Both the position numbers and the translations under genes were made by a program. DNA of 63,459 nt, filler included, from Pelomyxa schiedti (taxonomy: Eukaryota > Protista > Evosea), in assembly GCA_020536535.1 (NCBI GenBank). It is 10 parts of 10 records of this genome, joined end to end, with 100 filler letters (N's around TTAATTAATTAA, not from the genome) between each part and the next. Parts side by side here need not be neighbours in the genome. Positions count along the whole stretch, not along the records: positions 32,704 to 46,495 come from JAHLWZ010001183.1; positions 46,596 to 48,156 come from JAHLWZ010002419.1; 8 more parts are not named here. One strand, written 5' to 3'. The stretch's first letter is position 1, and the number at the start of each line of letters is the position of its first letter. The notes beneath the pieces were generated by a model. It saw only the letters and a list, made by a program, of their open reading frames with translations. It was not told the origin of the DNA and searched no databases. Positions 35,772 through 47,292 of the stretch are shown here, one piece after another.

Positions 35772-35927
35772 GATTCTTCTCTGGTTCCTCTCTGTTGGCC
35801 GACATTCTCAACGCCACCAACACTCACACTCACACCCACGCTCACCACCACTCTTAATGTCCGTGAGGACTTCTCCCCAATAATTGCCCCCATCACTTCC
35901 CCGAAGTAAAATCCCATCAACGTTGTG

Positions 35928-38172
35928 ATGGGGCAAGACACCTCGTTGCTGGCCGGGGTCAATGGTGCACCAATAACACTGTCTGACGACCTGAACGCCC
36001 CGGAGGTGCGGGCTGAGAAGTACCGCGCCCTGAAGAAGCACTTCCAGTCCCTCTCGCGCAGGTGCAAGCAGGGCCTGGCGCGGGCCGAGAGGGGCGACAG
36101 CCCCCTGGTCCGGGCCGCCGCCTCTGGCCACGTCCGCGAGGTCGCCCGCCTGGCCGCCGCCGCGGCGCCCGGCCACGAGCTCGACAAGTGCAACCACGTC
36201 AAGTGGGACGACCAGCACCCCCTGGACCCGTGCACCCTCTACTTCTACACGCACTGGTACTCGGTCCTGCACGTGTGCGCGGTGCTGGGGCACGCCGACG
36301 AGATGGACGCGGTGCTCGAGGCGTGGGTGCCCAGGGGCACCATCTCGGGCGAGGTGGCGGACGCGGAGCGGCGGGCGAGCGTCCCGGCGGCGCAGTGGCT
36401 CCTGGACTACGCGTGCGGGCCGGCGGATCGGACGCCGATGATGCTGGCGGTTGCTAACGGCCAGGCGGAGGTGGTGAGGAGGCTTATGGGACGCTGGGGC
36501 GCGGCCGGGAGGAACTTGGTGGGCCCGGTGGATACTGGGTACTACAAGCCAATCAAGAATGGGAATATTCTGCACCTGGCTGTGTACCATCGGGTTCTGG
36601 AGTGCATCGAGGTGATAATGTCGGGGGTGGACGAGGTGCTGAGGGTGCAACTCGTGGGAATGAAGGCCAGCCACGTGACGCCTCTGGAACTGGCAATGGA
36701 TGGGTCAAACCGGGTCAATCTAGACCTCATCAAGGTTCTGGCGGACCCTAAATGGGGTGAGAGTGTGATTCAGGAAATGGACTCCAGGTGGCCCATTTTG
36801 TATTTTTCCAAAAATGGATGTAGGGGGGATGCGGTGTGCGATTTCAGTATTCTCATTCACCTGTGCCGGGTGTTCAGCCGTGGTTTGGCTGCTGCATACC
36901 TCCGTGCCCCAAACAAATACAGACACACCATCGCAAGTCATCCAATGTTCGCGCAGTCAATTGACGAGATTTCACCAAAGACAGGAGACACTGCGTTGTA
37001 CGAGGCCACAATCAAGGGTGACACTGAGGTCGCACTTGAAGCTCTCTCCTTTGGTGCGGATCCAAACATTCAGTGCCGCAGAAATCCCAAGTGGTGCGAT
37101 TTTCCAGAAGAGATGCGGACTCCCATGGTGATGGCAGTTGCATCTGAACAAAAGGAACTGGTGAAAGAGATGGCCAGGCGTGGTGGTGTTCTCCCCCTCT
37201 CCTTTTGCAACATGGTTGGTGACTCTGCGTTCTCTCTTGAGTCTTATATTGACGGTTTGTTTTAATTCCAAATGCAACGGACTCACAACTTTTAAAGGAA
37301 CTTGGGAAAAACATGTTTCTATGAACAATAATTTCCGGAAATCCCTCCCTGCAGCAAATTTGAGTTCTGAACTTCGGGGTTCCATGCCTGCTGTCCAGCT
37401 GCCTTTTCTTCCATTACAGATTGAATTCGCACCGGGAGCTAAAATCCAGTGTTCTAAGTAAGTAATTGCAATTACTTACTTACTACTCACATAAAGCACA
37501 GAGTGGACATGTCATTGACGCAATTGATGATCCAATTCAACACCGAAATCACGGGAGTGATGGAGCTGCTTGACATTCAATCTCTTGGGCGTGTTCAACA
37601 GACTTCCCGCTTTTGGTATTCCTTTTCTTTTCTTTTCTTTTCTTTTCTTTTCTTTTCTTTTCTTTTCTTTTCTTTTCTTTTCTTTTCTTTTCTTTTCTTT
37701 TCTTTTCTTCTTTCTTTCCGGAAACACACACTAATCTCTTTGTTTTGTTGCAGGTATCAGTGTGGAAGAACAAACGACCTTTGGAGGGTTTGTGATTAAA
37801 TTTTTTTTTTGAATCACTCACAATTGTAATTAAAGAGAGCCCTTTTCAATTCGAGCCGAGAATGGAGCCAGAGAGTGAGGCACAAAGTGGACAAATGCCT
37901 TGAATCACTTCCAGAGGCCACAACAAAGGTACTGCCCTTTCCCAACTACAAAACTCACTGTAACATAGTGGAAGCATGTTTGTTTCTTCTGGGTATCCAA
38001 GAACAGGTGTCTGCAATGCCACAAGCTGTATCGCAACTGCATCGATGATAACACCACAACAACAACACCAACCACAAGTGCACTGGCACATCACATTCAC
38101 CACTCCCTCAATGTAAGAATTATCTCTGGAAACGTCTCATCCTTGCTGAATGACATCCTGCAAGCAACTTGA
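35928..38172 (+). CDS. Ankyrin-repeat plus C-terminal F-box protein, copy B (apparently intact)
   Basis: MGQDTS start; 446-codon first exon with ankyrin motifs; same intron positions as copy A; F-box ...LLDIQSLGRVQQTSRFW|YQCGRTNDLWR; Cys-rich tail WKHVCFFWVSKNRCLQCHKLYRNC. The exact 3' end is uncertain. Confidence 0.8.
37619..37712. repeat. (CTTTT)n microsatellite within an intron
   Basis: About 17 tandem CTTTT units between the F-box exons of copy B. Confidence 0.95.
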
Positions 38173-38326
38173 TCCAAAACACTACAATTTTGCAAAAGGA
38201 CTTACTACCAGAATTTGGTTCGATACAGTGACATTGACCAATGACGACTGTGCATCTACACCCTGAAAGAAAATACCAAATAGGTAGGTTCAGCATCAAG
38301 AGTTGACTTGATGAAGTACTTAAATA

Positions 38327-41300
38327 TCAACAAGTACCAAAGAATCCCCACATATTTTCCAGAGCACCCATTGATATTCTGGTGAGAGGACTGGGGTCCA
38401 GGCAAAAGCCAATGGTCGGGGCAACCCAGCGTGGCATCGTTGCCCAGTAGTAGTCCGTATCAACAATGAATGCACCACTTGCCAGTGCGTAGCCAACTTG
38501 GAAGACATCAACCCGTCTGTGTCCTTCTGTGCCCTCTGGTCCTGAGTCTCCTGGAGAATTGAACGCTGTTAGGGCATTAGTATTCGATCGGAATGGCTAT
38601 TTGAGCAAGTACCGGTGGATTGCGGAGGGGTTCTCCGGGCAGTATCAGACATTGCTGCTGTTGAGGTTGTATGGTTGGCTTTAGTGCGGCTGTGGTACCG
38701 GTTCCTTGCCGGAACTGTTTTTTTGGAGGTTATGTGTGGTGGTGAGGTGGATTTGAGGTGAACAAGGGACAGTGGTGCCACAACACTGTGAACAAGCAGT
38801 CCTGGTGTGGGGTCAAGAAATAACGAGAATGATGAAAAGAAATACCAAAATTCCACGCATCAGTGTGGGTACCGGGAGGAGTGTTCCCCAAAATCGCTTC
38901 TGGGCTAAGGATTATACCGGAAGGGGCCAGTTCTGCAGTAGCACTAGCAGCCGTAAGAATTTTGTGTGAAATCTTAAGTGAGTGTCTTTCACAAGTTTTG
39001 GTTGGGAATCAATTAAACCTTTGCCCAGGGGCCGGGTCCTGCCGGATCCAATGAAATAAGCAAAACGTTTCCTGTGGTGTTTATTAGTCACCGTCAAGAC
39101 TCAAGTGCAGGTACTAACTAATATGAACGTCCCCGTGAACAATGGGGGGAATATGTCTATGCAAGTGATTTAGACCCTGCGCAATATTTTTCATAATCTT
39201 TTCCCTCAAGTTTTGTGGAAGAACTTGATCCAACGCTTCATTCCCATGTTGATGGAGTGCCTTGAGCAAATCACTAAGGGAAAGTACTTGGCATGGGCTC
39301 CCGTGAGGAGTGATATTAAGTGGGGGAAGGTATTCCCTCAGCCCCATCAGTGCAGTGCCGCGCAAAGCCACACCAAAGAACGTGGCGACACAGGGATGGT
39401 CTTTGGCTGGGCTAAGTTTGTTGACCTCCGCTATCAGCAATTCAGGGGAACCGGTTGGGCAATTTGGATCAACCATGGGTATAACTTGAACTGTGCCTGC
39501 TTTGCCGTCACCCAAATCAGTCGGGCCTATTGTTATTGTGTTTGAGGTATTCCCTTCATCGGTCCTGATAACATCAGAAAAACCTAGGCTGAAGAGGTTG
39601 GATGCAACTTTGGCAGGTGAAACTATGTGTTTTCTGCTGCACTCCAAGAAGATACTTTTTCTACTCACTGCATCTACGATTTGTTTGGAAGAGAAGTAAC
39701 TAAGTTTTTCGGTAATAGGCCTGATAGTTCTGCTCTCTTCAGATACAGATACAGAGGACAGGTACTGTGCCAAGCATTCTGGACAAAGGAATAAGAGTCG
39801 TTCCTCCGGAGTCTGTAGTGTGGATTGAGCGCTGTAGAGCAAGTTGACTGCGGTATTCATCAGGTTATTCTTCCAGGATATTGGCTTTTCCACTTGTGAG
39901 GCCGTCTTCATTATAACTTCGACTGCTGGGAATTGTTCCATATCTTCTTTCCTTACATCTGAAGCACTGTATCTATGACAGCAATGGTTTCCGCCAGTTG
40001 CTTTACCATGCCTGGACCAAGGTTCACGGCACAACCAGCAGAATTCATATCTACAAGCCACAGCATTAGACAAAATATCGAGATTGGTGCATACCCACAG
40101 CCGCCGGCAGAGTTTTGGCAGGCCATATGTATGTTACTACTATTTCTCTCTTTTGCAATTGGGTTTCCACACTTGGGACAGCCTTTAAACTTGATTTCAC
40201 CCAAAACCCGGTTAACCAGCATGTAAGATGTTTGGGTTTGATCATTGGAGCGCTTAGAGACTACAATTCCATCTCTCCAAAAGTATTTCATGTGCACACC
40301 GGGGATGTTGCACAGAGAAGACATCACTCTTGTGAATGTTTCCTCAGGGAGGAATCCAAACTGCACAATGCATCCAGATACAAGGACTTTGCTGTTCTCT
40401 GTTCTTATGTTCCTGAGTGTGGTGAAATGATTGGGTGTGGTATGGGGGAGGACAAAGAAGGACATCCGCGGCTCACTATCAATGTTCATCATCATCCCTA
40501 ATTTTAGCAGAACTGAAAATGCCTCAGGTGCCAACCCGACTGTATTTGGTCTAATGGTTTCAAAGGAACTGGATGGGAGGGTAGTGGCAACACTCCTGGA
40601 GAATGTTTGTGCAATTGAGGTCAGGATGTCATTGAACCAAGACGGCTGTAAAACAACCAACTCCTCAAGGTTGTTCCACGTGCCTTGATTTCTTTTCTCG
40701 GAAGCAGGGAATATGCTGTGCTTAAAGTGGAAAATAGAGCCGATGTCAGACAACCACTCAAAGCACAAGTTCAGTTCCCGCTGCTGTTCAAAAAGATTCC
40801 GTTTGCCTGTGACTCTCCCAACCCCACAGTCACATGCAAGCCTCACCAGTTGTGACCATTTCAGAGTCTTTCTGTTCACTATTCCAATATGTTCCCGTAG
40901 TAACACCCAGCTTCGCGGAACACATATGGGAATATTACTCCATGAGTCTAGTGATATTGAAATTCTACTAATAATATCAGCATGAAATCTTCCTTTTGGG
41001 GAACTCTTGTCAAAGATAAAGCCCTCCCCCACAGCCGGATTCACGGCAAAATAGGTTTCCCCAAAGTTGATCTTTGTTGCCCAGCGGTTTGTTACAGCAG
41101 AAAATAGTCCTTCGAGGAATGATGCCTCTGTCAAGGTGGGGTCGTTGTAACTTGCAACAAGTATCACTTTGGTTTTGGGGTCTGACTGGAACCACCTTCT
41201 GTAACTCTTGTGGCTGTGGCATGAGCAAATTTGGGTCAACCAGAAATTCAGTTTCGGAAGTGCCAGGTAATGTGTGTCACCGCTACCAAATGAAACGGCT

Positions 41301-42690
41301 GAGGCGGCAAAAAGCAAGATGAATATTGAGTTACTGAGGAAGAAGCATTGATAAAATGGGTGCCAGGCATCAGTTTCTCCACCTTTTTTGGAGGTTATTA
41401 GATAGAAGTACAAGAAAACATACCCAAATCCCATGCTGTCCAAGTGGCTGCTACATTTCCCAACTTGAAGGGTTTGTGCACTTGTATGACCGGGCTTGTT
41501 GTCTTCAGAGGTTTCACTGGTGTTTTTTGTTTGTTTCCCATCAAGCACTTAAGCAAACCCACTCTGATACAGCAAGGCCCACCAACAAGAACAATTCTGT
41601 TAGTGGTGGGTGCTGGTTCAGCTGGTATCTCGCCAAAGAGAAGGAAGTGCCGAATTGTTTGCGAAGGCCTTCTCTGAAGCCATTTAGGCAGTGATATTAG
41701 AAAGTTTTTGGAAATGTCAACTTGTGCCTTTACATGGAGGACCCACTCTGGAATTTCATTGATATGATTGTCCTCTAAATTCAATGTGGCACATGAAATG
41801 CCTTCAAGTTGATGTGGAACTTTCTTCAATGAGCTTCCTGCAAAGTCAATCTCCACATTTTCTGCAGCATTGGAATGAACGAACTCCTTAATTGCAGGCC
41901 AATTCCCGGCTGCAAACCATTCACGGATTGCCAGTTGTTCCAACAATTTTCTTGGATCCTGTGCCCAGAACTGCAGCATTGAGCGGGCGCTTGAGCTGGA
42001 CATATACACAATGTCTATCGCCCCTGCACATGGAAATGGAGTAACATCGAAAGTTAAAGGGTTAGGCTCAGCGCTACATATCTGCTGCCATCCTGTATTT
42101 TTATTTAAATAAAGATGTCTTTTTTCTTTCAACTGGGAACCTTGAGGGGTTTTCTTTTTCGCCTCCACAATTGCTGTGATGAACTCCTTCAGAGATTCCT
42201 GTGAGTAGTCACTCCTCATAAATAACTTTTTTGCATGCAGCTGTACAATTCATTTAGCAATATTATTTATTAATGAAAATGAACATACACCAAATGCAAC
42301 ACATATATCCACCCAATCAAAGCGATCCGTGCCAAAGAAGTTGGCCACCACCACAATCTCCCCAGACCAATGCATTTGCAATAAAATGAAATTTACCCAA
42401 GTTATTTTGCTCTTCACCTGCTCCTCAGGTGAACCGGTCGTACTGCCGAGACTGTCACTGTCTAGTGGCAGAAGCACCAGCACAACATGAGGCTCATACA
42501 GTTCATTCACGTCATAAATAAAGAGGATATTTGCTAGGGGGTTGTCTGTCGTTGGCCACCAAACATTTCGAGTGAGGGTGCCGCTGTCATCTTCGGTTGG
42601 GTCTATGAGATCTTCTGATGCACTATTAAGTGCATCACGAAACGAACGAACAACCTCGGTATTGCCGACGACAGCGCAGAAGATTGGCAT
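38327..42690 (-). CDS. Roco-like protein: LRR, degenerate Roc, COR, RBR-type RING2/IBR-like finger, degenerate TKL kinase
   Basis: LNLEDNHINEIPEW/VDISKNFLISLP (LRR); WTAWDLG and KVILVAS (Roc); VPRSWVLLRE, WLSDIGSIFHF, VVLQPSWF, GFLPEETFTRVM, FWRDGI (COR); CPKCGNPIAK...HMAC...CGY|EFCWLCREPW; HPCVATFFG, NIAQGLNHLH, HGDVHI|GNVLL, SPE, DAWNFG, FCLDPSPLTR (kinase). Confidence 0.8.
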
Positions 42691-42776
42691 GAGATAAGAA
42701 GATTGATCTTTTCCGACAATTCAACCTGCTTCAAATAAATCCCGGCACACCACGACTGTGATACTTTTGCCTGAGC

Positions 42777-42879
42777 AACTACAATGGTGTTGTTCCCGCC
42801 TTAAAAAAGGCACTAGAATCCGTTCTAGGTGTCACCTGAATCTCCCTCAGGGTCAACATAATCGCTTTTCCCAGAAATC
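42777..42879 (+). repeat. Dispersed ~105-bp twin-hairpin element, copy 2
   Basis: Matches the reverse complement of 16273-16381 and lies ~90 bp upstream of the Roco ATG, divergently oriented. Confidence 0.75.
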
Positions 42880-42995
42880 ACAGGAGTGATGGAGTTGCTT
42901 GACATTCAATCTCTCGGTCGGCTTCAGGAGACATCCCAGTTTTGGTAAATCTTATCCCGCAGGAATCTCCTCTCAACTCCCTTTTTTTGCATGAG
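42870..42995 (+). pseudogene. Isolated F-box exon plus intron fragment of the ANK-F-box family
   Basis: PEITGVMELLDIQSLGRLQETSQFW|GTAAATCTTATCCC..., similar to 35296-35420. Confidence 0.8.
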
Positions 42996-43224
42996 AGACA
43001 ACTCAATCGATCGGCTCGGGATAGATTTATTTTTGGAATTTTTGTCATCTTCGGGGATAGGAGATTGTAGTGGAAATAACTCCGCAAATACTCACAATCC
43101 GAAGCACCCAGCCACAGTAACACACACAGCCGGTAATTCTCTACAAATTCCTCTGACGATTTTCCTCCGTTGTGTCCAGGGGCAAGTCCGGGTTTGGTGC
43201 CGTTGTTGTAATAAGGCTCCACGG

Positions 43225-44247
43225 ACCTCTAAAGCCTGGCCAGTACAGACGGTGACATCCTATAAGTACCTCGGAGTACTGATAGGACACCTCTCTAGCA
43301 CAGAGAGAATCTCTCCCTCAATCACCAAAGCAGTCAAAAGAGCCCAGGAGATCATTCCCAGAGTTATTGGTTTGCAAAGGAAAATCCTAGCAACCAACCT
43401 CTATGTCAACTCAATCCTCACCTACCAATGCCGCTTTGAGATCTATCCACTCAAGACTGTGTGGAACCCATATATGGGAAAGATCTACAGGCTGATCACC
43501 CCATCCCACTGCACCTCACAAGAGCATTTGACAACGCTCACAGCAGATGGGGGCTTTGCCACCCCCCTGCTGGACATGGCTTGGTGGAATGTTGCCACCG
43601 CCGTGTCGGCCCTCAGGCATCCAAACCGCACAGACCCGAAGAAGGTCTTACCTACCTCCCCACTGCAGTTAATCCACACGTTCAATGAGAAGATTCCACC
43701 GACTCTCAGGAACCCCACTGACATTTACAGGGCAATCCTGGACGAACGCCCGGGAAAATCCCTGCATCACAAGCTTCGGACCACAATGACAGAGAAACCA
43801 ACAGCGGCTCACTGGATCAACCTGGTCAAGAACCTCAACACCAAGGGAATCCCTCCAACCCTGCGGAACCACGCTCTCCAAATTGCAACCGGCATGAAGC
43901 CCCTGAATAACCGCATGTCCCACATCCTCCACATCGCCTCAACATGCCGGCACGGCTGCAATTCCCCGGAATCGGTCAAGCACATCCTCAACACATGCCG
44001 CCATAACGCTGCAATCCGCAAGGAGCTCCGGTTAAACTCCCTGAAGACTCTGAATGTCACACCTAACACCCCGAACTCCGCTAAATCCGCCGCTAGGAAT
44101 CTGGTAGGCTTATACAACTACCACGTGTCAACCCTGCCCCAAAATTTGGCCCTGCTCGAATTAAGGAGGAACGTTGGTCTTCCAACTCAATCGAAGATTG
44201 ACTTGGAAGCTGTGATCCCTCCCAATCACATCTACCACCCTCCATAA
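43225..44247 (+). mobile_element. 5'-truncated non-LTR retrotransposon (L1/Tx1-like ORF2 C-terminus)
   Basis: VTSYKYLG (last RT block), KILATNLYVNSILTY, LTADGGF, and zf-RVT-type CRHGCNSPESVKHILNTC; about 330 uninterrupted, intronless codons. Confidence 0.85.
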
Positions 44248-44899
44248 ACACCGGGGAGAAGACCCGGACCATCGCATAACCGCCTTTGATCAGTAACACA
44301 CATAATGTAGCAGCCTCACCATAACCACACAACCACCGCGTAGCAGTCAAGCACACCGCACAAACAACCACGCCATCCACAGTACACTAGAAGCCCCCCC
44401 GCTTCACTGTTTTTCAGTAATAATTTCAACACACGCCTGCCGTTTGTGTGGGCTTAACCCCGCGACGGTAAATGAAAGGACCGGAATGTGGAAGAACCAG
44501 GTTCGATTTCCTCCAAAAACATTTTTTTTTCCGGTTTGTCCGTTTATGTGTTTTGTTGGTGTAATTTTTTTTTTCTGCCATAGAAGAAAAAAATTGTTGC
44601 TGGTGGAACTGAGTGAGCATTTGTCTTTTTGGAGGACCTCTCCAAATTTTCATTGTGTTCATATCAGCTTCCACATCCCTCACAGGAAGAGAAACTGATT
44701 CTGACAAATCACAAAGCTCAGTGTTCACTTCAACATCAGCCTCAATCCCAGCCCTAGTCCCAACCTCAACCCCAGCCTCAATCCCAGCCTCAGCTTCAGT
44801 CTCAAACTCAGATTCACACTAGTTATTTTCAATGGTGAAGATATGGTTTTAAAGGAAAATACTTTACTGTACCTTCGTATATATTCATATGCATATTGA

Positions 44900-45008
44900 T
44901 GGTGGAAATATATGTATGGCGGAAATATATATGTTGGCGGAAATATATATGTATGGCGGAAATATATATGTTGGCGGAAATGTATATGTATGGCGGAAAT
45001 AAATGTAC
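44900..45008. repeat. Minisatellite, six 17-19 bp units GG(C/T)GGAAATATATATGT(A)T
   Basis: Direct tandem units alternating 18 and 19 bp, with no spacers. Confidence 0.9.
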
Positions 45009-45682
45009 TTATATTTTCATGTCGAAAATATATATTATAATTATTCCATAGAAAATGAGGTAAAGGAAGAAAAAAAGGCTACCTCTTTTGTGTTCCCTTT
45101 TTTAATGTGTCCCTTGTGGAACTTAATTTAAAAATAAAAAAAAAATAAAAAAAAATAAAAAAAACCTTCCAACGATTCTTTCTAACTCCACTTAATCTAG
45201 TTCTCAAAGCAATTGTTGACGCTTTGAGCTTAAACCGAAATTAATTTTAAAATATACTAAAAACATCAGCTAACACACCCGTCCCATGGTAATTTTCCAA
45301 ACAAGTAAAAAAATAAAACTTTAACAACTGCGACACCACTCGCCACCAACACCGCTTGTCACCAACGGCACCTGTCACGATCAAACCATTTTTTTTTTGG
45401 TTTCGTGGAAATCCGATCCGTCACAGACACCAGAAACCCCACGGTTACCCACTCAATTTGATCAGAGGGTTCGATAGACAATTGTGTCATTAGCAGGCAC
45501 CAGGGTTTTCAACTCAGGGGGATGTGTATTTTCAGAGTTATTTAAGCTCCAAGTGTGAACGAAAAAAAATTCGAAGCCACAAATTACTTAAAAAGGAAAA
45601 GTGTCAGGAAGCCGGCAACTGATTTGAGTTGCCTCTCATGTATCAGCCGAACGAATATTCTCTGGAAAGTGTGTTCCTGATT

Positions 45683-46342
45683 TTACAGGCAGAGAAAAAC
45701 TAGAATTGACGAGAGTACTAAAAACAGACTTGTTTGATTCACCCGACTAGTGTTTGTGAGAATAACTGTGGCCAATGATCTCGCTGTGGTTGCATCGCGA
45801 ATGCTTGCCTCAAATTGTCGTTGTCCTGGAATTGTTCCCCAATCCTGTATTGTACCTGTTGTTCTGGGACTAATTTCGAGATAGATTGCTGTGGATGAGG
45901 AAGACTTTCCACAGGTGCTGTCTTCATACTGGCATGTTGGATGACTCAGGTCAGAAGAACTATACACCTCACACAATGAAGGCCTGTTGTCTGAGCCTAG
46001 TGACCAGGCAATGATATGTGCAGGTGGAACCGAATCAAGACTGCAATAGTTTCGAGAAGGGAATGTGTGCAGTTGGAATTCCTTGGTGTTATAAACTTTG
46101 CAAATAGTTGCTGCACTGTGAAGAGTGAGGATTGTATCTGGTGAAGACCAGACCACTTTGGAAGGGTTTGGATGTGGGAGAAACAAGCTCTCCTTGGTCT
46201 CAACTGTCACCCCTGCGTCAAAGCTCCTCTCAAGGTTAACAAAGGAAACAATGCCAACCTTTTCATGCTCCCCTTCCCCCTCTGCCTCCTCATTTCCCCA
46301 CAAGTCATCACCCTCTTGACCTTCTTCACGTTGTTTCTTCAC
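45683..46342 (-). CDS. Hypothetical protein, C-terminal portion (5' end likely in or near the gap)
   Basis: 219-codon ORF, beta-rich, ending SIRDATTARSLATVIL, similar in style to the C-terminus of 20998-22263. Confidence 0.5.
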   Translation of the reverse strand: MKKQREEGQEGDDLWGNEEAEGEGEHEKVGIVSFVNLERSFDAGVTVETKESLFLPHPNPSKVVWSSPDTILTLHSAATICKVYNTKEFQLHTFPSRNYCSLDSVPPAHIIAWSLGSDNRPSLCEVYSSSDLSHPTCQYEDSTCGKSSSSTAIYLEISPRTTGTIQDWGTIPGQRQFEASIRDATTARSLATVILTNTSRVNQTSLFLVLSSILVFLCL

Positions 46343-46843
46343 CTTGTTGCCAACAAAAACAAGCTCATCACCACAAGGCTCAAACTGCGAGAACCCACCA
46401 TTGTAGTTGCTCAGGCAAAAGTAGCACAGTCGTGGTGTGCCGGGATTTATTTGAAGCAGGTTGAATTGTCGGAAAAGATCAATCTTCTTATCTCANNNNN
46501 NNNNNNNNNNNNNNNNNNNNNNNNNNNNNNNNNNNNNNNTTAATTAATTAANNNNNNNNNNNNNNNNNNNNNNNNNNNNNNNNNNNNNNNNNNNNCTTGG
46601 ATCATTTCCTGGAGATTTCCGTTGCACAAAAGTAATCAAACGCTTGTGTTATGAGGCAAATGTAACTGAGGAACATGGCAGCAAAGAGCATCTCATTAAT
46701 GTCGTGTTTTACTCTGGCCAGTCAAGCTTGACAGAGTGGTTTATCAACTACTTTCATGTGACTTACACTGAGGTTTTTGTTTCAAAACCCATCCCTTCTG
46801 CAATCTCATTTCACAACAAATATAGCTACCTGATTGTTGGACC

Positions 46844-47107
46844 ATGCCCTTCCCAGTGTGGAAGATGCTGCTGCGAGTGTTTCCGAGTATCACAGCAGAT
46901 AATATTCTGAATGGCAAGCTGAGGCGCGCACTTCTGACGTCACCCATCCACATCGAGTATGCTATGAGGAACCACGGCATCACACTGGAGAAGATGGTAC
47001 GACTCATCACGGAGCTACCACCACCCCTGGTTGAACCCTACAACGAGACCAGATTATGGGCCCGAAAGTGTCTTCCCACTCCCAAAAAGAAAAAGGAAGG
47101 GGAGTAG
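46844..47107 (+). CDS. 3' exon of a hypothetical protein (rest in gap)
   Basis: Open helical frame WKMLLRVFPSITADNIL...SPIHIEY...GITLE ending in TAG. Confidence 0.35.
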   Translation: MPFPVWKMLLRVFPSITADNILNGKLRRALLTSPIHIEYAMRNHGITLEKMVRLITELPPPLVEPYNETRLWARKCLPTPKKKKEGE

Positions 47108-47292
47108 CACCAGAGAAAGAGAAACAGCTAAAGGAAATTCCCTCACGGTGGGGTGAAAGTGAATCTTTATCGTCAACGAGGAAAACTGTTGAATAAGGTT
47201 CTTTTCGGACAATCTTACAAGCCACTATTCCCATAAAACGAGTTGGTTGCTTTCTTCTTTTTTTTTTTTGTACAACACGACACAGCAACGCA

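Noticed and set aside
37512-37821. ORFs encoding (KEKKR)n or (FFSFL)n, and (TNKQ)n/(FVCL)n at 52872-53174
   Set aside because: Translations of microsatellites; the first lies in an intron.
42996-43224. Possible inverted 5' segment of the LINE (twin priming)
   Set aside because: The minus-strand PG..G/PKI motifs are in the wrong order for L1 ORF2, and the segment has host-like splice signals.
44725-44820. (CCTCAA/CCCAGC)-type hexamer run encoding PQ/SQ repeats
   Set aside because: Contains an in-frame TAG and has no surrounding gene; probably decayed low-complexity sequence.
44900-45008. Possible CRISPR-like array
   Set aside because: Units are contiguous with no unique spacers, the context is eukaryotic and there are no cas genes; it is a minisatellite.
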